Source: Trueperaceae bacterium (GTDB lineage: Bacteria > Deinococcota > Deinococci > Deinococcales > Trueperaceae). From it: a stretch of DNA of 64,000 nt. This document shows, piece after piece, positions 18,097-28,746 of this stretch. The stretch's first letter is position 1. Each line of letters begins with the position of its first letter. The notes under the pieces are model-generated. The model had not been told where the DNA came from, ran no database searches, and saw nothing but the letters and a program-made list of their open reading frames with translations. Both the position numbers and the translations under genes were made by a program. The stretch lies in assembly GCA_965213705.1 (NCBI GenBank), contig OZ243913.1, positions 3,712,001 to 3,776,000 on the forward strand, written 5' to 3'.

Positions 18097-20073
18097 TCAA
18101 GAAGCGGCGAGAAGGCTTACCAGTTCGTCCAGCGCCTCTGGGTTCGCCAATACTTCGCGGTTGGGAACGGGGCGACCGTTGACGAGGTGTGACACCGCCA
18201 TCTCCACCGTTTTGCCGCTGCGGGTTCTGGGCAACTGCGAAACTTGAAACACGCGCCGCGGCAAATGGCGCGGACTGGCGTGCGCGCGGATGTGTGTGCG
18301 GACGCGGTCACGCAGGGCGTTGTCGAGTACCGCCCCGTCTTTCAAAACCAGGAACAGCCAAATAGTCTCGTCGCCGTTTTCCCGTTTGCCCACCGCGCAG
18401 GCGTCGACGATTTCGGGGATGGCTTCCAGCGGCCGGTACAGTTCCGCCGTGCCGATGCGCACGCCGCCGGGGTTGAGCGTCGCGTCGCTGCGTCCGTAGA
18501 CGACCACGCCTCCCTGAGGCGTGATTTCGACGAGGTCGCCGTGCCGCCACAAGCCCGGATACTGCTCGAAGTACGCGCCCAGGTACCGTTCGAAGTCGGG
18601 GTCGTTCAAAAACTTCAGCGGCATCGAGGGCAGCGGCTGACGGCACACGAGTTCGCCGGGCTCACCGACCACGCTCTCCCCCGTTTCCGAGAGCGCGACG
18701 AGGTCGACACCCAACGCCGGGCCTTGGATTTGCCCCACGTAAACCGGTTCCGTCGGCACGCCGAGCATAAAGCAGCCGACAATGTCGGTCCCGCCCGAAA
18801 TGCTGGCGAGGTGGACATCTTCTTTAATCTCGTCATAAACGTACTCGAAGCCGCTCGGCGCCAGCGGCGAGCCGGTCGAGGCGACGGTGCGGAGGGCGCT
18901 CGAGTCGGCAATCTTTTTGGGCGACAGGGCCGCGCCGTGCAACGTGTGCAGGTAGCGCGCGCTCGTGCCGAAAAAGGTGACGCCGTGCTTTTCAGCCATG
19001 CGCCACAGCACGTCCAGGTCGGGATACCCCGGCGAGCCTTCGAACTGCACGACCGCCGCGCCCTGGGCCAGCGCCGAGACGAGCCAGTTCCACATCATCC
19101 AGCCACAGGTCGAAAAGTAAAACACGCGGTCGCCCGGTTTTATATCGCAGTGCAAGCGTTGTTCCGAATGATGTTTGAGGAGTGCGCCGCCCGCGCGGTG
19201 AACCATCGCTTTGGGCAAACCCGTCGTGCCCGACGAGAAAAGGATGTAAAGCGGATGGTCGAAGGGAAGCTGTTCGAATGCTAGGGGGGCGGGGGGCTCG
19301 AGCCACTCCTGCCACACTGCGAAGCTAGACCCCCCCCGGCCCCCCCTCAAAGGGGGGGAGAGCGGCGGGGTGGGGGGGTCTCCCGGGTACGGCAATAGGA
19401 CAACCCGCTCCAAACTTCCCATCCCCTCGGTCAGCTTTTGTACCGTCTCCAGGGTTTCGAAGCGTTTGCCGCCGTAATAGTAAAACGGCGAGGCGAACAG
19501 CAGCTTCGGCTCGACTTGCCCGAAGCGCGAAGCGGCCGCGTCCAGGCCGAAGTCCGGCGAGCAACTGCTGAAGACCGCGCCGAGAGAAGCGCAGGCCAAC
19601 AGCAACACGACCGTCTCGGGCGTGTTCGTCGCGAAGGCGGCAACCCGGTCGCCCACGCCGACGCCCTCGCGTTTCAGCGCGGCGGCGCAACGGCCGGTTT
19701 CGGCGCGCAACTCGGCGTAGCTCAACGTTCGCTCGGCACCCGTTTCGGTTATGGCGATGAGGGCGGGTTGGTCGGGGGAGGCCGAGGCTTTGGGATAGAG
19801 AAGCTGCTCGGCGTAGTTGAGCGTCGCGCCCTCGAACCACTTTGTAAAGGGCATGGGGTCGTCGCTCATGACGGACCCGACGGAGCCACCGAACTTAAGG
19901 CCCGCATCCTCGACATAAAACGCCCAAAACGCGGCAACGTCTTCGACCGACCAGGCGTGAAGGTCGGCGTAAGTCTCAAGTTCACGGCCCAAGTGACGAC
20001 TTGCGGCTTTTTGAAAAGCGTACAAGTTGCTCGACTCGAGCCGCGCGCTCGAGGGTGTCCACAACGGTTCCAT
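18097..20073 (-). CDS. Acetoacetate--CoA ligase
   Basis: YILFSSGTTGLPK, TCGWMMWNWL, SISGGTD, GRSDATLNPGGVRIGTAE, TRSGK. Confidence 0.92.
   Translation of the reverse strand: MEPLWTPSSARLESSNLYAFQKAASRHLGRELETYADLHAWSVEDVAAFWAFYVEDAGLKFGGSVGSVMSDDPMPFTKWFEGATLNYAEQLLYPKASASPDQPALIAITETGAERTLSYAELRAETGRCAAALKREGVGVGDRVAAFATNTPETVVLLLACASLGAVFSSCSPDFGLDAAASRFGQVEPKLLFASPFYYYGGKRFETLETVQKLTEGMGSLERVVLLPYPGDPPTPPLSPPLRGGRGGSSFAVWQEWLEPPAPLAFEQLPFDHPLYILFSSGTTGLPKAMVHRAGGALLKHHSEQRLHCDIKPGDRVFYFSTCGWMMWNWLVSALAQGAAVVQFEGSPGYPDLDVLWRMAEKHGVTFFGTSARYLHTLHGAALSPKKIADSSALRTVASTGSPLAPSGFEYVYDEIKEDVHLASISGGTDIVGCFMLGVPTEPVYVGQIQGPALGVDLVALSETGESVVGEPGELVCRQPLPSMPLKFLNDPDFERYLGAYFEQYPGLWRHGDLVEITPQGGVVVYGRSDATLNPGGVRIGTAELYRPLEAIPEIVDACAVGKRENGDETIWLFLVLKDGAVLDNALRDRVRTHIRAHASPRHLPRRVFQVSQLPRTRSGKTVEMAVSHLVNGRPVPNREVLANPEALDELVSLLAAS
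19328..19380. repeat. C-rich/G-rich palindromic element inside the acetoacetate-CoA ligase ORF
   Basis: gacccccccc-ggcccccc-tcaaa-ggggggg...gggggggtc; similar to the intergenic copy at 35641. Confidence 0.7.
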
Positions 20074-20203
20074 ACTTCTCCCTTAACGAACCTCTCGAAC
20101 CAGTTTACCCCGCGGCGCGTAACCGTCCTCAAAAAACCTGCCTCAAAACTCACCCGGAAGCCCGCTTACACCCGCCCAAGTCAGAACTCAGTACACTTTA
20201 CCC

Positions 20204-22006
20204 ATGTTCAGACGACGCGCTTCTACCTCCAACACAGAAGGAGAGCGCAAGCCTCCCGACCTCAAGCAGTTGCAACGGCTTTACGCTTACACCCGGCCCT
20301 ACCGGACACAGCTCGTCGTCGGCGTGCTGTCTGTGAGCATCGCCAGCGTGCTCGGTTTCGCGTTTCCGGCGCTGGCGGGGCGGCTGTTCAACACGGCCTT
20401 CGGGTCGGGGTCGTTCGCGTTTGAAAACCTCAACCAAATCGCGCTCTTGCTCATCGGAATTACGGTGCTGCAGGCGGTGTTCAACTACCTGCGCGTTTAC
20501 AACTTAGGCCTCGTCGGCGAGGGCGTGGTGGCGGACCTGCGCAAGGCGCTCTACGGGCACCTGTTGGGCTTGCCGGTGCCCTTTTTCGAAGCGCGCAAGA
20601 CGGGCGAAATTACCTCGCGGCTCACCTCGGACATCACGACGGTGCAGGGGGCGGTGTCGAACGCGCTGGCGCAGTTCATCAACCAGTCGATAACGCTAGT
20701 GGGTGGCGTGGTGTACCTGTTCATCCTGAACTTTCAGCTGTCGCTGGTGATGCTCGCGATCATCCCGGCGGTGATTTTAGCGGCGGCCTATTTCGGGCGG
20801 CGGCTGCGCAAAATCAGCACCGAGTTTCAAGACCGCGTCGCCGACGCCAACGCCGCCGCCGAGGAAGCGGTCACGGGCATCCGCGTGGTGAAGTCGTTTA
20901 CGGCGGAGGGGCTCGAGACCAGTCGCTACGGTAAACTTGTGGACGACTCGTACCAAATCGCCTTGCGGCGGGCTCGAGTGCGCGCGTTTTTCGTGCCGAC
21001 GGTCATCATGGCGATGTTTACCGGCATCGGCATCGTGCTGTGGTACGGCAGCCGCTTGGTACTGAGCGGCAGTTTGCCGGGCGGCGACCTCATCACCTTT
21101 TTGCTCTTGACCGTGTTCGTGGCGGGGTCTATCGGCAGCTTCACCGGCCTGTACAGCCAGTTGCAAGAGGCGTTGGGCGCGTCGAAGCGGATTTTCGAAC
21201 TGCTCGACACGAAGAGCGACCTGCCCGAAACCGTGACGCCTACCGCGCTGACGGGCGCTCGAGGCGAAGTGCGCTTCGACAACGTCTCGTTCCGCTACGG
21301 CGACCGCGGCGAGGAGATGGTGCTGAGTAACATCACGCTCACCGCGCGGCCCGGTGAAATCCTCGCGCTGGTGGGGCCGAGCGGGGCGGGCAAGAGCACG
21401 CTCGTCACGCTCGTCCCGCGTTTTTACGACCCTGTCGAGGGCCGGATTTTGCTGGACGGCACCGACATTCGGGATTTGGGTTTGGAAGACCTGCGCCGGC
21501 ACATCGGCATCGTCCCGCAGGAAACACAGCTTTTTTCGGGCACGGTCAAGGAGAACATCCGCTACGGCCGGCCGGGCGCGTCCGACGCGGCGGTCGAGGA
21601 AGCCGCCCAAGCCGCCAACGCGCACGAGTTCATCCTCGAGTTTCCCGACGGTTACGAGACCGTCGTGGGCGAGCGCGGCGTGAAGCTCTCGGGTGGGCAG
21701 CGGCAACGGGTGGCGATTGCGCGGGCGCTGCTCAAAAACCCACGCATCCTCATTTTGGACGAGGCGACGAGTTCGTTAGACAGCGAGTCCGAGGCGCTGG
21801 TCCAAGCCGCGCTGGAAACCCTGATGGTCGGCCGTACGACCTTTGTGATTGCGCACCGGTTGTCCACAGTCCGCAACGCCGACCGGATTTTGGTCCTGAG
21901 CGACGGGCGCATTCTCCAGCAGGGCACGCACGACGAGCTTATGCGCTCGGGCGGGCTCTACCGCGACCTGTACGAGCGGCAGTTTCGGGTAGAGGTCGGG
22001 GCTTGA
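20204..22006 (+). CDS. ABC exporter, fused permease/ATPase (MsbA-like)
   Basis: 6 TM plus GPSGAGKS, LSGGQRQR, ILDEATS. Confidence 0.92.
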   Translation: MFRRRASTSNTEGERKPPDLKQLQRLYAYTRPYRTQLVVGVLSVSIASVLGFAFPALAGRLFNTAFGSGSFAFENLNQIALLLIGITVLQAVFNYLRVYNLGLVGEGVVADLRKALYGHLLGLPVPFFEARKTGEITSRLTSDITTVQGAVSNALAQFINQSITLVGGVVYLFILNFQLSLVMLAIIPAVILAAAYFGRRLRKISTEFQDRVADANAAAEEAVTGIRVVKSFTAEGLETSRYGKLVDDSYQIALRRARVRAFFVPTVIMAMFTGIGIVLWYGSRLVLSGSLPGGDLITFLLLTVFVAGSIGSFTGLYSQLQEALGASKRIFELLDTKSDLPETVTPTALTGARGEVRFDNVSFRYGDRGEEMVLSNITLTARPGEILALVGPSGAGKSTLVTLVPRFYDPVEGRILLDGTDIRDLGLEDLRRHIGIVPQETQLFSGTVKENIRYGRPGASDAAVEEAAQAANAHEFILEFPDGYETVVGERGVKLSGGQRQRVAIARALLKNPRILILDEATSSLDSESEALVQAALETLMVGRTTFVIAHRLSTVRNADRILVLSDGRILQQGTHDELMRSGGLYRDLYERQFRVEVGA

Positions 22007-22217
22007 GAACGGCGGCGTTGCTGTAAAACAGAGTTTCAGCTAAGCCGAGTAGGGCGCGTGGCTCCCTCTTCGAGAATTCGGCGAGACCGCTGCCAAAATC
22101 TTAGGTCGACTCGTACCGAGACCCCCTCCCCAGAACCGGCTCCGTCTCGGCACTGCCACCAAGGCTTGCGTTACTTTTCACGCGAGTCGCGCCGGGCTGT
22201 TGAGGTATCCTTGCCCG

Positions 22218-23564
22218 ATGAACGTCATCATTATCGGCGGAGGCGAAATCGGCGCGCAGATTGCCGAGGCGCTGCACCGCACCCACAGCGTGACCGTGAT
22301 AGACGCAGACGCCGAACGCGAAGCCATGTTCGAGTCGATGGACGTGCGCTTTGTCCGCGGCGACGGGGCCGACCCCGAGGACTTGCGCGCGGCCGGAGCG
22401 GCCAAGGCGGACGGCTTCGTCGCTTGTACGACCAACGACGACGTCAACGTGCTCGCCTGTTTGGCTGCCAAAGGCTTGGGCGCGAAAAATACGATGGCCT
22501 TCGTTACCCGCCAGCGCTATTTGGACGCCTTTACCCAGCGCGGCGCGATGGCGTCCATCGGCCTCGCCATCGACCGGGTGGTGTGGCCGCAGCGTGTGCT
22601 AGCCGAACAGATTGTCAACATCATCCGGGTGCCGCGGGCCTTGAGCAGCAGTTTCTTCGCCGAGGGCCGCATCAAACTGTTGGAGTACAAGCTGGAAGAC
22701 GGCGACCCCTTTTTGGGCAAACCCTTGACCGAGTTGGAGCTGCCCAAAAGCACGCTGCTCGTCGGCTCGATTCGGGGTGACAGCTTTATCGTGCCGTCGG
22801 GAAAAACGGTGCTTTGCCCAGGCGACAAGGTGGTTTTTATGGGCACCTCGCAGAGTATGCACGCGCTCGAGGGCAGGTTCGCCCCGCACAAACGCGTGCG
22901 CAACGTAGTCGTCATCGGGGGCGGCAACGTCGGTTTTATGGTGGCGCAATACCTGCACCAAGACCGCATCAACCTCACCATCATCGAACAGAGCGAGGAG
23001 CGCTGCGAGAAGCTGGCGCAGTGGCTGCCGCGCACCCTCGTTCTGCACGGCGACGGCAGCGACTTGGAACTGCTTGAGCAAGAGCGCATCGAAGACGCGG
23101 ACGCGCTCGTCGCAGTCACCGACGACGACGGCAAAAATTTAATCGTGTCGCTGCTCGGCAAAACCCTGAGCATTCCCAAAATCATCACCCGGGTCGGGCG
23201 GGCGCGCAACCGCGCACTTTTCGAGCGCGTCGGCATCGACATTTCCCTGACGCCGCAGACGGCCGCCGTGCAAGAGGTGCTCAACTGGCTCAAACTCGAC
23301 GAGGTCGACCACTTAGCGAGCATCGAGGGGCGCGCTGAGGTCATGGAAGTCACTTACCCCAAGGGTTGCGAAACGGGTCGCCTGCGCGACTTGGGCGCCC
23401 CGCCCGAGAGCCTTATCGGGGCTATCCTGCGCGCCGACAAAGTCATCATTCCGAGCGGCGACACGGTCTTGCACCACGGCGACCACCTGTTCGTCGTGAC
23501 GACCCCCGACAACGTACCCGCGGTGGAGCGCTGGCTCGAGCGGCACAAAACCGCCTACGCTTAA
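22218..23564 (+). CDS. trkA: Trk potassium uptake NAD-binding subunit
   Basis: Two RCK_N (GGGEIG, GGGNVG) plus RCK_C modules. Confidence 0.92.
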   Translation: MNVIIIGGGEIGAQIAEALHRTHSVTVIDADAEREAMFESMDVRFVRGDGADPEDLRAAGAAKADGFVACTTNDDVNVLACLAAKGLGAKNTMAFVTRQRYLDAFTQRGAMASIGLAIDRVVWPQRVLAEQIVNIIRVPRALSSSFFAEGRIKLLEYKLEDGDPFLGKPLTELELPKSTLLVGSIRGDSFIVPSGKTVLCPGDKVVFMGTSQSMHALEGRFAPHKRVRNVVVIGGGNVGFMVAQYLHQDRINLTIIEQSEERCEKLAQWLPRTLVLHGDGSDLELLEQERIEDADALVAVTDDDGKNLIVSLLGKTLSIPKIITRVGRARNRALFERVGIDISLTPQTAAVQEVLNWLKLDEVDHLASIEGRAEVMEVTYPKGCETGRLRDLGAPPESLIGAILRADKVIIPSGDTVLHHGDHLFVVTTPDNVPAVERWLERHKTAYA

Positions 23565-23794
23565 AAACAACAAGTTCGGGGGTCGTCGTTCGCTTTTGGC
23601 TTGTAAGGTTGTTGCTTGCAGGGTCGTTTTCGTACGGGTGGGTGCCGGGAAAGAGCTTGGGAACTACGGAGTACGGAAAAAAACGACTCGGGTGTCCTGT
23701 GTACCGTAACCTACTTTTTGCGCGCTCTCGCTACGGTGCTGCACAAAAAATAGCTACCGCCCGCTCGGCGTGACAGGTTAAGCTGGCGAGCGTT

Positions 23795-25255
23795 GTGCGC
23801 GGACGTTTCGCTCCTTACGTGGTCGGCATGGGCTTGCTCGGGCTGGCCGTGGTCATGCTCTTTTTTTGCGTGTACGCGCTCGTCGTGGGCGAAGCCGCGG
23901 TCGGCTTCGCGGCGGCGGGACTCGCGGCGGGGACAACCGGGGCGCTGCTGGCGTGGCTGGGGTCCAAAGACGCCGAGCCGTCGCGGCGCGAGGCGATCGT
24001 CGGCGTGCTGCTGCTGTGGCTGAGCATCCCCGCCTTTGGCGCGGTGCCGTTCGCCGTGTCGGGCGGCATGAGCCCCTTGAACGCACTGTTCGAGTCGATG
24101 AGCGGCTTTACCACGACGGGCGCGACGGTGCTGCGGGACTTTTCCAGCTTCTCGAGCAGCCTGTTCATGTGGCGCGCGCTCAGCCAGTGGTTCGGCGGCG
24201 TGGGCATCATCGTTTTGTTTATCGCGGTGTTGCCGCAACTCGCCATCGCCGGGCGGCAACTGTTCTTTACCGAAGCGCCCGGCCCGACCGAGGAAAAACT
24301 CACGCCGCGCCTGCGCAACACCTCCAACGCCGTCTTGATGGTTTACGTCGGGCTGACCGTGTTGTGCGTCCTCGCCTACGCGCTGGCCGGAATGTCGTTT
24401 TACGACGCCCTGGCCCACGCCTTTACGACACTGGCGGCGGGCGGGTTCAGCCCACAACCTTTGAGTTTTCAGGGCTTTATGAGTCCTACCTTGGAGTGGA
24501 TTTCAATTGTCTTTATGACGTTTGCCGGGGCCAACTTCGCGCTGCTCTACCGCGCCGCCGCGGGCCGGCCCAGAACGCTGTGGCGCGACGCGGAGTTTAA
24601 AGCCTACTTGGGAATCGCCACCGTTGCGGCCCTCGCCATCGCCCTGGGTTTGTACGGTTCGTATAACCCCGCCGACGCGCTCAGACACGGCTTTTTCCAG
24701 TCGTTGAGCATCCTGACGACGACCGGCTACGCCTCGGCGGACTTTGCGGTTTGGTCTCGCGGCCCGCAAGTCGTCTTGCTGGTCCTGATGTTTATCGGCG
24801 GCAGCGCGGGCAGCGCGGGCGGCGGCATCAAAGTGGTGAGGTGGCTCATGCTCGTGCAAAACACCGTCCGCGAAGTGCGCCGCACCCTGCACCCGCGCGC
24901 CGTCTTGCCGGTCCGCGTCGGCAACCGCGTGGTGCCCGAAGAGGTGTTACGCGCAGTATCGGCCTTTATCACGCTCTACATCGGGCTGTTCGCGCTGACG
25001 ACCGTCGTGCTGACCGTTTTGGGGGCGGACTTCGTCACCGCGTTTACCGCGTCGATTGCCTGCATCGGCAACATCGGGCCGGGCTTGGCGGCGGTCGGCC
25101 CGATGGCGAGTTTTACCGACCTGCACCCCGTAAGCCGCGGGATGCTCGTTTTTGCGATGTACGCCGGGCGCTTGGAGGTGGTCACGGTATTCGTCGTGTT
25201 CGACCCGCAGTGGTGGCGGTTGCCGCGGGAATGGCACCTGGGGAGCGGCCGCTGA
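23795..25255 (+). CDS. trkH: Trk potassium uptake membrane subunit
   Basis: FESMSGFTTTG, TTTGY, GGSAGSAGGGIK, GNIGPG, GRLE. Confidence 0.93.
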   Translation: MRGRFAPYVVGMGLLGLAVVMLFFCVYALVVGEAAVGFAAAGLAAGTTGALLAWLGSKDAEPSRREAIVGVLLLWLSIPAFGAVPFAVSGGMSPLNALFESMSGFTTTGATVLRDFSSFSSSLFMWRALSQWFGGVGIIVLFIAVLPQLAIAGRQLFFTEAPGPTEEKLTPRLRNTSNAVLMVYVGLTVLCVLAYALAGMSFYDALAHAFTTLAAGGFSPQPLSFQGFMSPTLEWISIVFMTFAGANFALLYRAAAGRPRTLWRDAEFKAYLGIATVAALAIALGLYGSYNPADALRHGFFQSLSILTTTGYASADFAVWSRGPQVVLLVLMFIGGSAGSAGGGIKVVRWLMLVQNTVREVRRTLHPRAVLPVRVGNRVVPEEVLRAVSAFITLYIGLFALTTVVLTVLGADFVTAFTASIACIGNIGPGLAAVGPMASFTDLHPVSRGMLVFAMYAGRLEVVTVFVVFDPQWWRLPREWHLGSGR

Positions 25256-25290
25256 CCCGGTGACGAGCCTTCGCTACAGAAAGACCCCGC

Positions 25291-27813
25291 CTACTGCTGC
25301 TCGAACTCGCGCAGGAACAGGTCTTGTTTGATGGACACGGCTCGAGGGGTCAAGGGCGGCAGTTGCGCGGCGTCGCGGAAGTCCAGGTCGAAGTCCCAGT
25401 CGCGCAAAGGCGGCCGGTAGTTGAGACCGCAGCAACCGCCTGAAGAGCGTTCAAACGCTCCGTCCGCCCGCACGGGAAAACGAAAAGCGACCAGCGAGCC
25501 GCGGTAGCGGTAGCGCACACCGCCGCCGACATATTCCCAGCTCTCTAAAAACCGGGGGAAGTTGTGCAGGCCGCCTTCGCCGTCTTTGCTCGAGCCCGCC
25601 ACGACGGCCACGTTCTGCTGCGTCATCGAGGGCCGACGCCCGTCAAGAGCCGCACGGCTGTTTTGGTCTTTCCAGGCGTCGGAAAGGATGTTGACGCTGT
25701 CGGCGATGACCGCCACCCCGCGCTTCAAGCCGTTGTTCACGATGTCAGCGTCGCGCAGCGAATTGCCGGATGCATCAGAAACTACTTGGTGGCAACGCCG
25801 TGGCGGCGGTTGCAGACTGGACACCGGGTTGCCGGAATCGTTCAGGTTGCCCGTGTTGGTCTGGTCGCGGGGAAGTCCTGCCAAGTCCGCGGGGTTGGCA
25901 AACGCTCGGCAGTTGAAATCCCCCTGGATGTACACCGCCTGGTCGCTGACAAACGTCACGCCGTTGGTCATTGAGAGGTCGGCGGCGTCGAAAAGCCGCA
26001 CGCCGTAGTTGTTGCCTTTATCCCGGTTGGACGTGGCGTTCATTGCGGGGGTGTGTCTGGCCCCGTCGACGGACAAGTAGACGACCAGACCGCCGTTGGG
26101 CGCGCTGACCCCAGGGTTGAACAGGCGCGCCGCCGGGGCCGCGTCCCGGTTGGCCTCCAAAAGCTGGCGCACGTTGACGTTGAGCAGCAACATCTCGCGG
26201 TTTTGGCGGTGGTGGTAAAACTCGCCTCGAGCCACGACGTATTTACAAACGTTGCTGAGGTTGTTGGGATTACTCGGGTTGGTGAAGAAAGCGTAGGTTT
26301 GTTCAGGGTTGAGGTTGTTGATTGAAAACGTGTCGATAAGTGCGTTGTTGGGATACAGGTATCCTTTCAGCCGCACGTCTTGGTGGTTGTGGGCGAGGTC
26401 GTTAGCACTCGCGTTGGCGTTGTAAGGACGCGGCAAGTCCGTAAAAGTTTGGCAGTAAGGCGGAATGACCCAGTTGAGGGGATCGCTGTTGGCAGTGGCG
26501 TAGCTTGTCGAGAGGTACTTGTTGGTGAGGTTGGCAGCGTTGTTGGCACCGTCGTTCGCCGGACTTTCCGTGCTGTTGGAATTGGGCCGACCGTTGTCGG
26601 TGCGACCGTTGCGGGGCAGATTAACCGTAATCATGCCGGGGTTGTCGATCATCAGGCTGTAAAGATTTCTCGTCGCTATCGTATCGACAGCTCCCCCGAT
26701 GTGATACACCTGAACCTCCGGTGCCCAGATGGTAACGACCGCGTTGTTGCAGCCGTTGCCGTTACCATTCCCGTTGCCGTTGCCGCAGTTGCCATTCCCG
26801 TTGCCATTGTTGCCGTTCCCGTTGCCGTTGCCGTTGTTGCCGTTCCCGTTACCCGCAGCGGGCACGACGAACCTGGGCTTGTCTCCCGCCCGCCCGGCCG
26901 CCGCGAACAGGTCGACGTAGCGGCCTTGGTTGAGTACGATTCTCAGTTCCGCGCGGTTCCAGTAAAAGCCGGGAACCGTAGCGCCGCTTGCTATTTTCCA
27001 CTCGAACGATTCCGGCGGGGGCACCGCGAGCGGTTGGTCCAGGTACTTCACCAGGCCCCCGAAGGGTGCCAGGTCGTTTTCACTCATTCTTTTGCACGTG
27101 CCCGGCGTTCCGAACTGCTTGTATGTCCCGTTTTGGCTCATAATACGAACCGGGCCGCTACCGCAGCCGTCGGTGTAACCCTGCCGGATGTCCGTCACTG
27201 CAGAAACCTGACCGTCTATCGACAGGGTGTTGCTGCTGGTGTTGGACGCCAGGTACAGACTTTTGTTCGAGTGCACCCGGCCGTGAATGGTCATGGACGG
27301 GCCTGGGTGAAACTCCATGTTTTCCTGGTGAAAACCGAGAAACTGAAACACCGGGATTTCGCGCGAGGTAATTTGCATGTCGAGTTGCGCTTCGGTATCG
27401 CCGGCCGAGCTTTTAGCCACCGAAGAGACGTTGTAGACGTTGTTGAGAGAAGCTAGGCCGTTGAAGTTGTCGTCGGGGTTGCTGATAACGGTGTAGACGT
27501 CCGCGCCGGCCGCCGCCATTTGACTTGCGGAGGTCGCCACGGTGCGGCCGTTGGAGAGCGCGTAACTTTTTTCGACCAGGTCGGTGGCACTCGGGCGGCT
27601 GTAGCCTTGGAATTTTTGCCTTATCTCTTCGGCGCGCAGGTTAAGCCCGGCTTCGGCCGCGTAGAAACCGCTCGCGCTGTCCGCCGTGGCGCGCGTGGTC
27701 TTGACTTCTGTAAGGGTGGTTGAAAAGTAGGCCGCCAACAGCGCCGTGAGCACCACGCCCATAATCAGCACCGTGACGAGGGCAAAACCTTGGTTGGACG
27801 TTTTCATGACCAT
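25291..27813 (-). CDS. Large PilX-type minor pilin / pilus-tip protein
   Basis: G|FALVT prepilin site without Glu5, FYAAEAGL, C-terminal GGLHNFPRFLE..W...Y.PP.RDW.FD...LPPLTP. Confidence 0.75.
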   Translation of the reverse strand: MVMKTSNQGFALVTVLIMGVVLTALLAAYFSTTLTEVKTTRATADSASGFYAAEAGLNLRAEEIRQKFQGYSRPSATDLVEKSYALSNGRTVATSASQMAAAGADVYTVISNPDDNFNGLASLNNVYNVSSVAKSSAGDTEAQLDMQITSREIPVFQFLGFHQENMEFHPGPSMTIHGRVHSNKSLYLASNTSSNTLSIDGQVSAVTDIRQGYTDGCGSGPVRIMSQNGTYKQFGTPGTCKRMSENDLAPFGGLVKYLDQPLAVPPPESFEWKIASGATVPGFYWNRAELRIVLNQGRYVDLFAAAGRAGDKPRFVVPAAGNGNGNNGNGNGNGNNGNGNGNCGNGNGNGNGNGCNNAVVTIWAPEVQVYHIGGAVDTIATRNLYSLMIDNPGMITVNLPRNGRTDNGRPNSNSTESPANDGANNAANLTNKYLSTSYATANSDPLNWVIPPYCQTFTDLPRPYNANASANDLAHNHQDVRLKGYLYPNNALIDTFSINNLNPEQTYAFFTNPSNPNNLSNVCKYVVARGEFYHHRQNREMLLLNVNVRQLLEANRDAAPAARLFNPGVSAPNGGLVVYLSVDGARHTPAMNATSNRDKGNNYGVRLFDAADLSMTNGVTFVSDQAVYIQGDFNCRAFANPADLAGLPRDQTNTGNLNDSGNPVSSLQPPPRRCHQVVSDASGNSLRDADIVNNGLKRGVAVIADSVNILSDAWKDQNSRAALDGRRPSMTQQNVAVVAGSSKDGEGGLHNFPRFLESWEYVGGGVRYRYRGSLVAFRFPVRADGAFERSSGGCCGLNYRPPLRDWDFDLDFRDAAQLPPLTPRAVSIKQDLFLREFEQQ

Positions 27814-27819
27814 ACTCCT

Positions 27820-28746
27820 TTAACGGTTCAGCGCGTTGCGCGGAAAAAACTCGCCGGTGAGCGTGCGCTTCATATTTCTGCCGCTTACCTTCGCCGCCCC
27901 GGTCACCGATATTTCGAAGGCGGCTACTTGCGTCCAGTCGTCGTCAATTCCCAACGCAGTTACGGTAGGACCTGTCCTGAGCCGAGCTTTGATGTTGAAA
28001 GCCTCTACGCCGTAGACGAGCTTTTGGGGATTGTCCGTGTCACCGTCTATGACGACTTCTAAATACTCACCCCGTTTGCGGTAACGCCGCTCTTCCAACA
28101 GGTAAAGCCGGGGTTGTCCCTCGGCGGGCGTACCTAAAGGTGTGTCGTAGGTATTGTTCCAGTTGCCACTCGCACGGCTCAAAGAAAATCCGTTGGGGTT
28201 TTCGCTTTCATAGGTAAAAAATTCGCCAAGTTTGCTGGTCGGGTTATACAGGTAAGCGCGCGCTTTGTTGTTGGGTTGCGCCTCACGGTAGGTGCGCCAG
28301 CTCGAGAGTTGCGCTTTCAGCGACGTCCGCACCGTGCTGTTGCCCGTGTTGCATTCGGGATAAGGTGGGCTGTTGGCCTTACCGATAACGAGCGTGGTGG
28401 TACTCCCGCTGACAGCTGTGCAGAGCGTAGGTTGTACGCCCAAGCGGTTGCGCCGCACGACGAGTTCCGACCCCTCGCTGCCCGCAACAATCTCTACAGC
28501 CGGGAACACGTTGCCCGCCGAAGTCGGCAAGCGCTCGCCGGCCTCGCGGACGTCGGCACCTATCACGGTGAGCGCGTTGCGCAGGTTTTGGTTGACGGAC
28601 GTTCTCGCCTCGTCCAACTCGTAAATCTTACGGCTCGAGAGGGTCAGCGCCAGGGCCGACCCGACCACTATCATGCCGATAACCAGCGCGACGAGCACCT
28701 CGACGAGCGTGAAGCCGTTACCTGAGGTTTGTGTAGACGGTTTCAA
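27820..28746 (-). CDS. PilW-like minor pilin
   Basis: G|FTLVE prepilin motif, DVREAG; TTG start. Confidence 0.8.
   Translation of the reverse strand: MKPSTQTSGNGFTLVEVLVALVIGMIVVGSALALTLSSRKIYELDEARTSVNQNLRNALTVIGADVREAGERLPTSAGNVFPAVEIVAGSEGSELVVRRNRLGVQPTLCTAVSGSTTTLVIGKANSPPYPECNTGNSTVRTSLKAQLSSWRTYREAQPNNKARAYLYNPTSKLGEFFTYESENPNGFSLSRASGNWNNTYDTPLGTPAEGQPRLYLLEERRYRKRGEYLEVVIDGDTDNPQKLVYGVEAFNIKARLRTGPTVTALGIDDDWTQVAAFEISVTGAAKVSGRNMKRTLTGEFFPRNALNR

Noticed and set aside
22030..22060. TCAGCTAAGCCGAGTAGGGC upstream of trkA resembles the 3' end of a c-di-AMP riboswitch
   Set aside because: The 5' conserved elements are absent and would fall inside the upstream CDS; trkA also appears leaderless
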